DNA of 62,859 nucleotides, counting the filler, from Rhabdomonas costata (lineage: Eukaryota), in NCBI GenBank assembly GCA_019059605.1. It is 18 parts of 18 records of this genome, joined end to end, with 100 filler letters (N's around TTAATTAATTAA, not from the genome) between each part and the next. Parts side by side here need not be neighbours in the genome. Positions count along the whole stretch, not along the records: positions 24,510 to 27,913 come from JAHMHO010000899.1; positions 28,014 to 31,408 come from JAHMHO010000900.1; positions 31,509 to 34,908 come from JAHMHO010000901.1; 15 more parts are not named here. One strand, 5' to 3'. This document shows positions 24,510 through 34,908 of this stretch, in pieces. Positions within the stretch are counted from its first letter, which is position 1; every line of letters begins with the position of its first letter. A program made the position numbers and the translations under genes. Under the pieces are notes generated by a model. That model was not told the origin of the DNA and made no database searches. It worked only from the letters and a program-made list of their open reading frames with translations.

Positions 24510-26889
24510 GGGGCTTCGTCTCACGGAGCAGGAAGTCCTCCAGCGCGGCGTCGCCCTGCTGCCGCCGCTCGTCGTAGGCTTCACACGTCAAGCCGGCGTG
24601 CCTGAGGGGGGGGTGGGTTTACAACTGTAGCGGAAGGAGAAACTCTTTTATGAGAATTAATGCAACCACACTAAATAGAGGGTCAGTGATCGGTTTGAGG
24701 ACAACAGTTCCCAAGGATATTTTTGGAAAACCAAAACGCGGCACTACCCTTCACTGTCCACGGTCCACGAGTAAATACGCCGAATACCTACAAGGAAATC
24801 ATGTACAAACCAAACCGCTATCCGAAGAGTACGCCACAGGCCAAATAAAGCATGACAACAGGGTCCAATGGGGGGCTGGCCCATTCCAGGGCACGCTGTG
24901 GGCAAAGCACGTCTTGCCCTTGCAGCTGTGACAGGTCATGATGGGCGCCTGGGCGCCGCTCTCGTGCAGCTGGCCAGAGCCACAGGTGGAGCTCGCCATG
25001 CACCACCGGAACTCCGGTTGGGCCTGCAGGAAGCCGTTCAGCGCCAGCCGATCGTACCTGCAGGCCACCCACCAACGCACCACAAGAAAAGAGAAAAGGA
25101 GCTAAGGGGCGAAAACAGCCCAACAGCACAACCTAATACTACTAGTGCTGCTGCTGCCGCCGCCACTGCTGCTATGCAGAGACCATCAACCTTCCACTCC
25201 GTACCGAAATGGAAGAACAACTTACGCGTCGACCCTTGTAAGGTGATGAACTCGATCAATGCAAGGAAAGCTGCGGAAAGCTGCTTTTTGTGGTGTGTGT
25301 GTGTGTGCACATGAGAGTGCAGATAACAGAGATCCTGAAGGCCCATTTAATTCATCCGACAGTGCCGTATGTCGAATACACAGGCACATGCCATGTCCAA
25401 CATTAACATGCCGCCTGCTGAACGACCCACGGAAATATTTTGATGGCAAGTGGCAAGTGAAAAGCGTACCGCTCGAAATCCGCTGCGGAGGCAGAGCGGC
25501 GGACGTCCTCGAAGCCCAGAGGTTTGCGGCAGCACGGGATGGGGCAGCGGACTGCAGTGGCCTGGCCTTTCTGGTTCAGCTCCTCTGAGGCAAACACACA
25601 CAAACACAAAAGAAGGCAGTGGATCGAAAGCCCAATCGTTTCCAAAATAAGGTTGAGAGGAGGCTCTCCGCCCACACAACCACCAAATGCGCTATTCGTG
25701 CGTCCCAAGGGAAGGCACGAACCTCCAATGAAAATCCGCCGGACAAGCTGCGGGCCGTTTGCGGGACACCCAGCCGCAACTGCATTCCATACCCTCCCAT
25801 CATTCCTCTTTCTCAAATTATTGCGATGGGAGGAAAAGCATACAAATATTCGCAGTTTTCATAGCCTTTCTCACTCAACGCTTTCCCTCCGAAGTTAGCA
25901 ATTTTATCGGGCGATGGGCATCACGAGCTTAGAGTGGGGAAGAGGGAATGGATTGAGAGGAGGTGGAGTGTGCCTGAGACGTGGCGCTGCAGGCAGGCCC
26001 TGCAAGTCCTTTCGGAGGGGTGCGCGCAGTGCCCCGGCACCGCGGGCAGGGGCTCCTCGTAGAGCTCCTCCGTGCAAATCACACAGCTGCCCACCACTGC
26101 ACCACTCTGAAAGAGAGAAAGACACAGCGCAGTGCAAGTCACAAAAACACCGCTCTGGGTGGGAGGGAAGAGGATCGGTTGGAGATCGAGGGGTGAGCCA
26201 TCCGCATCAAGTGGCCAATTATCGAGGGAAACCTTAGTGGTGGTGGGGTCAGCGACATTCTGGACAGAACAGAGGGGAAGAAGAGATCCCCCAATTCGCA
26301 AGTACTCCCACCCTCTTTCCTCATGGAATTTGCACGTGCCAGAAGCTGCACTAACCGGGCTCCTGGAAAGATCGCAGATTGCCAGAACTGTGCCCCGGAT
26401 ACATTTTGAAAATGTTTTGTGGCGACTATTTTCTTCAGATTTTCAGCAGTTTTCAATGAAAATTGCATATTACTCCATGGTAACCCTCCTGGATTATAGT
26501 TCGCCAAATTAATGAGGCCAACCGCACGAGATTCTTTGGCTCTTCATCGCTGAAGCCTTGTTTGCATGTGCCACAGATCTCCTACCCTCATACCCTGAGC
26601 CGACATTTACACTAACGTGGTATCCGCAACCATGGACCCACAACTCCACGCACAAAAACACCACAAGGAAGAGCGTGCTGCACTTAGGGATGCGGCACTC
26701 CGTGAGGGTGCGGCTGCCCTCCAGGAGCTTTCCCCCGAAGCCCAGCCTCTGTGGGGAGTCAGCCGATGGGGCCTCTTCTGCCCCTTCTCGCTGCGCCTGA
26801 GCCTTCGCCATGACGGCGCCGATGGTGTCCGTGGGCTCCACCGTGAGGGTCAGTGTCTTCCCCGTGGAGGTCGTCACGAAGACTTGCAT
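24510..26889 (-). CDS. RBR-type E3 ubiquitin ligase with N-terminal ubiquitin-like domain (Ubl-RING1-IBR), 3'-partial
   Basis: Exons 26889 to about 26662 (MQVFVTTSTGKTLTLTVEPTDTI..QRLGFGGKLLE..TL..KCSTLFLV), 26106-25974 (CVIC..CAH..CRACLQRH), 25584 to about 25470 (CPIPCC), about 25057-24887 (FRWC..CGSGQ..CHSCKGKTCFAHSVPW) and 24601-24510 (HAGLTC..ETKP). Confidence 0.9.
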
Positions 26890-27881
26890 GGGTTCTGTGT
26901 GCAGAACCAAAGGAAAGGGTGTGGTAGGTTTAGCCCACGAAAGGAAGAAGCCATCTTCGAAGCGACTGGTCTCGCATCTCATCCTCGTGCGAAAATAGGG
27001 TAGAGAAAACACACAAATAGCGTATAGCTTGACCAAAGGCTGCAGCACTTGGGGCATTCGAGCCCACTCCGGTGCCAGCACAAAGTACTTCTGGGTTCTG
27101 CCCTTAGGTAAACAGCTAAGCAGCGAAACTTTAGGTTCGCTGTACAGGCCCGCAAGGACCCAAAAAGGTCACGCCATGCCGCAGCTGTCCGTACAGATGC
27201 AGCCAGTGCTTTCAACTCAGGAGTACAGCCATCCCACCAAGCGCAACCCAACCGGCCAGGTTACCTCAAGTTAAAATCGAGTCCACTCAGCTCAGGAGTG
27301 CTACGCACACCACCAAGTATGGGCTCAACTGGCGATCGGGTCGCTGATGATGAGCGAATAGGGTGAGGAACAAACCCCAATGTGTGCCTATGTGTGCTGG
27401 AGGATGGGCGGGACAGAGCAGTGACCACCTGCACAGTTGTGTGTGGACCGGAACCAGAAACCTTTTAGTGGTGCCTCTCTCGTGTGCAGATTCTTTTTTT
27501 CCGAAAAAAGTCACTCCAGTGACTTCTTGCTTTGGCTTGCGCATATGCTTGTGGAAACTTGAAAATAACCACCACCGTAATAGTCCCCGTTTCTAGGTGA
27601 CCCCTGAAAACTGGGGCTACGCACTGGCCCCCCCCCCTTTTCACTTTGGCGTAGCGGCGCTATTCATACCGTGAGTGGCCATCGCTGCTAAGATGCTAGT
27701 GAAGCTGCTTACACCGCACACACACACACACACACGCACAGCCAGTACAGCAAACTCACAGAGTGGCTTCACAACCACAACCACCACCACACCACCACTC
27801 CCTCCTGTGGCAAACTTCGTCCCAACCGAATCCTTGCCGAAAACCCCCACCCACCTATAGGAAGTGGCCAGGCCAGCTCAA

Positions 27882-27882
<1 letters not shown>

Positions 27883-27913
<31 letters not shown>
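27883..27913 (+). repeat. (CT)n microsatellite at contig end
   Basis: About 15 CT units ending the contig. Confidence 0.9.
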
Positions 27914-28259
27914 NNNNNNNNNNNNNNNNNNNNNNNNNNNNNNNNNNNNNNNNNNNNTTAATTAATTAANNNNNNNNNNNNNNNNNNNNNNNNNNNNNNN
28001 NNNNNNNNNNNNNGTGTTGGGCGTGTTTGGTGTTGTTGTGCAAAACAGACGCTTCCCCCTTCCCCCACATAGGCAATGGTGTTTCAAAATGGAGCACGCT
28101 GCCTACCATAAAAGTCAACGCGGCGCAAGGGGATCGAGGTGGGAAATTGTTAACAAAAGAAAGTGCATTTAAAGTCATGCTTTGTGATCTGCCCGCCATC
28201 GCACACCGATTTGTTTTATTGCAGGCACAACGTGTGGATGCAAAGGTCCAAGAAGGGAC

Positions 28260-28834
28260 CTGGAACCGGCGGAACGGGTCGAAGTTGGGGTGAGCCTTCC
28301 GGGGACCCCCGGCAGGATCCTCACAGAGCCACTGGACCGGCGGGAGCGGTTGAGCCCCAGGCCCTCCCAAGGCGAGGCCACCATCCCCACTCCCAGCTGC
28401 TCCCATGTCACGTTAGGGGGGTCCATGACCACCCACGGCTGCCCAGAGCGGGGGCTAGGCTGCGGGGGGGCCTGCGACTCCCCCAGCAGCGAAAGGTCAT
28501 CCGTGGGGATCCGCGCAATCGGGCTGGCGGTGTGCTGAGTACGCGGTGAGGGCTCCGGGCACGGCAGCGTCGGGGCGGCACTGACGAAGCTCCGCACCGA
28601 GCGGGTCTCTGCCAGCGTGCCCTGCACCCCATGGACAAGGCTTGCCAAAAGCGCAGTGCTCTCCGTTGGAGTGCAGGAAAAGGTGTCGACCTCGGACAGG
28701 CTCTCCAAGGCTTCCAAGAGGGAGGCAGGGTCTACCCCAAGGGCCAGCGAGGCCTCGACCAGGGAGCGTGCGCGGGTCTGGGGAAGGATTCTGGACCGCT
28801 TGCGCGGAGTGGGGGGCACGGCAAGCATTTTCAA
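28260..28834 (-). CDS. Exon of an uncharacterised Pro/Ser-rich protein
   Basis: GC-rich open frame (..RSLVEASLALGVDPASLLEALESLSEV..) preceded by the acceptor CTTTTCCCTCCCCAG, with a GT donor near 28259. No family motif. Confidence 0.45.
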
Positions 28835-30014
28835 CTGGGGAGGGAAAAAGACAATGTTTCAAAAGGGAATTTTTCGCAATGCACGCCACTCCATTTCACG
28901 TCATTGCAGAAAACAGCTCATGGGGGTGCTCGAAAAAATGCAGGAAATATTGTATCACATTTCGCGAATCGCGGTCATCTGGCAGAGAGGGAACGACAAG
29001 GGAAACATACATATGGAAATGCGTATAATGCGAACAAGCGGCTATTTTGCTAAGTCCGCATGCCGTGTGGGGACTTAATACGGAACTCCTGGTGATGTGA
29101 ATGGAGCAGCTGCCGTCCGAGGCACGAGGTACGACACATGTTTTCCTGTCCCAAAGAAAGAACGGGGTCCCTTTGTGATCCAGGACCAGACCTATCTCGA
29201 AGCGGCGTTCCAAATTAAGTGACAACGGGCTGCAAACCTTCCCCAACTTTAAAAACGGTTCTCTCATGTTCAGATCCATATCATCTTAACCGCTTCAGTG
29301 CCGTATGTGCCCCCTGTGTACTGATGGAAAAACTGGGTCAAAAAGCCCCTAGGCCAATTGCTGTCAATTAGAGTTCACAGATACAAAGCTGAAAATGCAG
29401 GTTCCCGGCCAGACGAGTTTGGCACCCAAAGTGCAATCGCGTTTACCAAAAAACCCCTCATTAACAATAGACCTTCATTTAAATTAACTATTTCTTGGTC
29501 CGATTTGGTCCGGACGTCCCTCTTGGTTTGGACAATATCAGAAACCTTTTGATCACTCCTATTCTACTCCAGCGAGAAGCACCGTCCCGAGTCGCGAAAA
29601 ACCACAAATCACCTTGGCAAAGACGGAATACGGTGCAGCTTTCGGTGGTTTCCTGGTCCTCAGCGAATGAAAGTGATTTATTTGCTGAATCAATTATAAA
29701 CAGTACCGGAGCTCGAGTACGCCCTCCGCAAGAATCCACATCGTCCATCGTCCAATGGCGACAATGAATCGCACGAATAAAACGCAGAAAGGAGTCGCAA
29801 GGAAGGGCAACGCCAACAGCCTCGCGTGCTTTTGTGCAATACGAAACATAAATCAGCCCAGGATTGACTGAATTGGAATGAGTGTACAAAGACGTCCGCG
29901 CAAGTGGAATAAGGAGATGACTCTGATCAAAAATCTTCAGAAGGGCGAGGGGCGTGTCAGTACATCGCGTAGTGTAGAAAGAGCAGAAACCACTTGCGAC
30001 ATTCTGACGAAGAA

Positions 30015-30554
30015 TCACGCACTTCCCTTGAGGCAAGCATGCCATAGCTCTCCCAGAACATCGGGCCCAGAAAAGCTCAGGCCGTCCTTGGCGATCTTCC
30101 CGCCCCAAAACAGGGCTTTCTCCGCGACACGCTGCTCGAGGTGGACAAAGCGGACCCCATTCGCCACCATCTTTCGGCACGCAACCATTCTGGGGTCGGT
30201 CTGGTGGGCACGGAACTTCGCCTGCACAATGCCTTCCATCACCTCCCGGCGCTGGCGATACCACCGCTCCACATCCAGCTTGGCCCCAACCTTGGAGAAG
30301 GCGCCCTTCGTGCCGGCGCTCTTAGCCTTCGCGGGGTTGTCCCCCACATACGAGGATGACCCCATCTCGAACCGGTGGGCCTGCTCGGGCATGTTCGAGA
30401 ACAGCAGGAACTTCTGAGCCTGGAAGGCGTGTTCCGCGGTGGCATAGCGGCGGCCATTGTAGGAGAAAGGAGAGTGGGCGAAGTTTGACAGAAAATTCGC
30501 ATTGGGATCTGCGGACCTGGAGAAAAACGAGATCAGCTTGGGTCCTGAGGACAT
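30015..30554 (-). CDS. NADAR/YbiA-family protein, single exon
   Basis: 179 aa with FLSNFAHSPF...YATAEHAFQAQKF, PAKAKSAG, W...R.EVM..IVQAKF and FWGG...G.DVLGELW, following the NADAR motif order. Confidence 0.9.
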   Translation of the reverse strand: MSSGPKLISFFSRSADPNANFLSNFAHSPFSYNGRRYATAEHAFQAQKFLLFSNMPEQAHRFEMGSSSYVGDNPAKAKSAGTKGAFSKVGAKLDVERWYRQRREVMEGIVQAKFRAHQTDPRMVACRKMVANGVRFVHLEQRVAEKALFWGGKIAKDGLSFSGPDVLGELWHACLKGSA

Positions 30555-31532
30555 TGTTCTGTCCGCGAGACAAATAAAGAGCACAGCAAATGTGCCTGAA
30601 GTGAAAAATACAACAAATAAACGCAGTATAAAAACAGTATAAAATCCAACAAAAAATTGCGGATTACAGCTGAAGAGCGACGCTTAAAGCCACAGGAGCC
30701 CATCCTTGCCGTGCATCTTTGCGGGGGGTGGAGCTGATATTCGACTCCTTATTTTTCAACCTTGGCAAGGCAAGCAGCCGCGCAAGACATCAGGGGCTCA
30801 ACGACGCTCAACAACGAGCAACTCGACCCCAGCAAACAAGGAATCAGGAAGCGCACCTCATCACAACCCGTCACAGCACTTCAGTGCCCACAACCATCAC
30901 ACGCTGATTTCTCTTCGCTCGGGGGTGCCACCAAATTCAAGTGAGATGTCGAACATGCTTCCGAGCAAGCAGCTGCATGGACTTTGCTGCACTTAACCGG
31001 CCAGCATTCTCCCAGCCTCTAACAGCAGAGCATAAGCCTCTCCGGAAGCCGCAGAAGCGTCGGGCAGCCACCTTGTGCCAAGCCCTCAAGCCAGGTTCGA
31101 AGGCGACTGCGGACTCTCACGAAGCCCAATAATTTCACTAAAAATCATCAACCTGTTGAAAACAACATACACAGGGGAATTGCGAGCAGGAAATGCGACC
31201 CAAAAGCTGCGCATGTGCACGTTTCCAAGCGCTCATCAAAGACGAGACTGAGAAACACGGCGCGAAGTGTCTTGTTTGTTCCGGCATGTGTTCCAACCGA
31301 CGCTGGTCAGCACCTTGTAAGGCTTTTTGGGATGGAAAAGATTAGTTGACCACACCAGCTAAACATACCGGAACGGGAATGGGTTCCACCCCGTACCCCC
31401 CCAAAACANNNNNNNNNNNNNNNNNNNNNNNNNNNNNNNNNNNNNNNNNNNNTTAATTAATTAANNNNNNNNNNNNNNNNNNNNNNNNNNNNNNNNNNNN
31501 NNNNNNNNGGGGGTGTTGGGAGCGAGAGGTAC

Positions 31533-33218
31533 GTGGGTGCTGATGCAGGTGGGGCGGATGTACAAGGAGTAGCCCTTCTTTTTGGGGATCCAGGGCTTCT
31601 CCAGCAGCACCAGCTTCTTGAGAGACTCCAGCATCTCTTTGGGATCCGCCAGCTGGGAAAAGGTTCCGAGCAAAGGACATTCAGCCAAGTCAAGCCAAGG
31701 GAAGATGATGACCATCCACGACCAGTTTCAGTTACTCTGTGCGTTCCAGCTCGTCATTGATGGAGAACCTGGTGCTGGTGGTGCCCGTCAACAGTAAAAA
31801 CGGTGCGAATCTTAATCACGCAGGGGGGCACGGCGTCTGGTCGCACAGGAGTGTGCATCGACCTCTAGTTCTGCTGAATCACAGGGTGAGCTGCGACCTC
31901 AAGCGCCGTCATTGCTAAAGGACATGCGCCATGCTCCCCACCCCAAACAGGGATGGGTGGGAAGACGTATCACCCCATGTTACTCACGCTTTGAATCGGG
32001 AGAAAGTCTGGTGGGGCATAGAAAGAAGCCCACCGAGGCGGCACTTCTTTCACCCCCCACCCCCTCCTCCATTCATAGCATTCTCACCGGAAGGCCGATG
32101 CGCTGCATGGACCGCAGCATTCTTTGGAAGTTCATCTCGGGCCGAAACAGGCGAACCTTGCCCTGGGCGTCGATGTAAGCCTTCATGCCCTCGAAGCACT
32201 GCAAAGGTGAACCGACACTCCAAACACAATGCACTGCCCGTGAAGGAAGTGAATCAAAAGGTGGAAATTGAAAAGCAAAAGTTTCCACCTGCCTCACACA
32301 ACTGAACAACAATCAGAGTGTTATCACCATCGTTATTTTTTTGGGGAGGGGGGGGGGAGAAGCAGGGACTGGACAGAGGGAAAGTAAGGAATCGTTCGTG
32401 GTTGGTTTCACACAACAAATTAGCGGAGGTGTCAATGAGGACAGGATGCAGTGTACGTGCCCGTCCCAGTCAATGACAACCGCTAAACCACTAACTAACT
32501 GCATTGCGCTCGAGCAATAATGAAGTGAATAACTCAAAACAAGTCACTAGAATCCAACCAACCCCAAAGGGCCAGAAACAGGATCACCTCGCGCTTCACC
32601 GCCACGAATGCGCGTGTGAAGAATGCATTGTGTGCACTGCGTGGGTGTTGGGTTGGTATCGAGGGGGTTGGGAAATGGGGCAAATGCCTCCAAGGAGTAG
32701 TGCAGAGTGGAGCAAGCCGGGGAGAGGGAGATGTCATGAGTCTCCACAATCCGTGGGGTGCCCCACCCCTTCCCGGCCTCCCAGTCGCACTCAAACATGT
32801 GGTTGGTGAAGATCTGCCCGAACTGAAGCGTCTCAATCTGTGGCACCGCGTGTTACCGCCACCGCACAGGCAGAAGGAAGACGGGGATAGAGGGCGTACC
32901 ACAGAAGAGGTAAACCGAAAAAAAGGAATGCGCGACATTCAAGCAACAAAACGAGATCCGATGTCCGAGGGCCAAGTCCAATACGATTTTGTAGCAAACT
33001 AAGAAGCCGCAACAGGGAAGATAACAAAACTAACCCACCACAGACAACTGCCCAGCACAATTATGCGCCCCACTGGGCAGCTTGAGAAGTCTTGACCACA
33101 ACAAAGGGGGCACGACGCAGAGGAGAGGACGAAAGCCGGAAGCGTTTTCCTGGCACACCGGAGGCAGCTCAACGGGCTTTGGGCTCTTGGTTATCTGCAG
33201 CGAGGATGTCTTCCAGGT
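31533..33218 (-). CDS. BCAT: Branched-chain amino acid aminotransferase (class IV PLP), internal fragment, 4 exons
   Basis: Exons 33218-33159 (LQITKSPKP), 32837-32688 (LQFGQIFTNHM..GWGTPRI..LHYSLE), 32198-32088 (CFEGMKAY..RLFRPEMNFQRM) and about 31653-31533 (WIP..GYSLYIRPT). Confidence 0.95.
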
Positions 33219-34640
33219 CTGTGCACACACAGAAAGAGCCCTTCCAAACAAGGTAAACTCGATCCTGCATTCTCTGAACCCTCTCTTTCCTGGGATCACT
33301 GGGATCATATGCCTAAGCTATCAACATATGTGTGCACGATACTGATTCAACAATCAATAAACACCGACCGCTGAGATGGGCCGTTTGGTCTTCACAGGAA
33401 TGTTCCTGGCCTGTGGACTGTTTTCCCCCCAGGCGTGCGAAGGGCAGGCTCCATGTTTGGAAGAGTAGTTGAAGTCAATTTCCATTCCCTAGCCGCTGCA
33501 CACATGTATTGGGTGTAAAGGGAAAACACTGATTCGGATACTGTCAGGCGCCGAAATCGGCTCAAATCCGTATTCACGGTCAACCACACTGATCTCGCAC
33601 AGGCATGCTGGTGAAGAAAAAACCGACCCAACCAGTACTTCCTCCGGGAAACTAAGGAGCCAGCAGGTGCCTCAGGTTGGAAACTTAAGTTGCCTGAAGG
33701 TGACGGGAGTCTCGAGCAGTCGCGAGACTTAAGACTTAAGATGATAGCTGAAAAAGGTCTCACAAACACATACACTCTCCCCCTCTCCCGCTCAAAAAGG
33801 CGGCCTTTTTCGAGCCCTCTGAGGAAAGCGCATGAGCGGGTACCACAATCCCGTTTTCTTTCGAGATTCGTGTTTTTACAGCTCTGTCCTGCAGGCCTTG
33901 TAACCGCAAGTGGGGAGTTTTCGCACACCCGCAATAACGGGAACAGGGTTATATACAATCGCAAATTCCTGAGGGCTGGAATCCTCGTGGACGGGGGGGG
34001 GGTGAGGGAGAATAGAAAGTCAAACCTCCTTCCAAGCGGGCACACCCGCAACTCCGCTGACCTTCTGCTTCTTACTGCTCGGGCTTCCATCTGCTGACGC
34101 GGCAGACATTGCGCTTACACAAAGACAAAGACTGCATCAGCACAAACAGCAAGGGCGCCCCCCCCTCTCTCCATCCAAGCGGAGACTGCGACAGAACTGA
34201 CGCCACATGTCTCCTTGGCAAATCAATGGTCGAAATCATGGCGACCTCTAAATGCGTCAATGATTTAGTTTTTATTCTATCCTCAACAAACTCAACCATC
34301 CAGAGGGACAATCAGGCGAGTAATTGCAGAAGGCAAAATACCAACAAGGGTGCCAACAAAAAAGTAGAAGAAAAAGTAGAAGAAAAAGTAGCTCCGACTG
34401 ATCCTACCACTACCACCACAACAAATATGTAACGCCATAGCGCCTCGGCCACAAAGGAACGTATACACCCCACAAAGTCTGGGCAGTTATCCGTGAAATA
34501 ACGTCAGACAGCCAGGGAGGAACCTGCCCCAACTCATAACCGCAATGGTCGCTCGGGACTCTCGCGCACAACGGTGCTACGGGTATGTCAGCAGAAAACT
34601 TGCCCCCATTGGGCAAGGAACCCCTGTGCTTCTCACCCCA

Positions 34641-34908
34641 CTACGGCGTCGACCCCGTGGGGTCTGCCGCAGGGGCATGCACAGGGATGGGCAGGCCACG
34701 GCGCCGGCAGTACCGCTCGCACGCCGTAAATGTGTTGGAGTAGATCTCGCCGCGGAACTTCTCTGGGGCGGCCAGGTAATGAGGGCAGAGCTCGTCGCAC
34801 AGCAGGCTGCGTGGTGTCTCGGCAAGGCGGGGCAGCAGGGCCTTGTTCTCCTGGTCCACGGCCAGCATAGAGGCCAAGAAGATCCCTGCCAGTTGCAGCC
34901 CAAACACC
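34641..34908 (-). CDS. C-terminal exon of an unknown protein, 5'-partial
   Basis: GC-rich coding-like frame FGLQLAGIFLASMLAVD..LCDELCPHY..ACERYC..GSTP*. Confidence 0.5.

Noticed and set aside
13338-26889. Apparent cluster of ubiquitin-system genes (HRD1, UBE2W, DDB1, RBR)
   Set aside because: Each lies on a different unlinked contig, so adjacency is an artefact of concatenation.
14009-34908. Co-oriented neighbouring genes suggesting polycistronic transcription
   Set aside because: Only three same-strand pairs, and the contig at 45498-48892 is convergent; the sample is too small.
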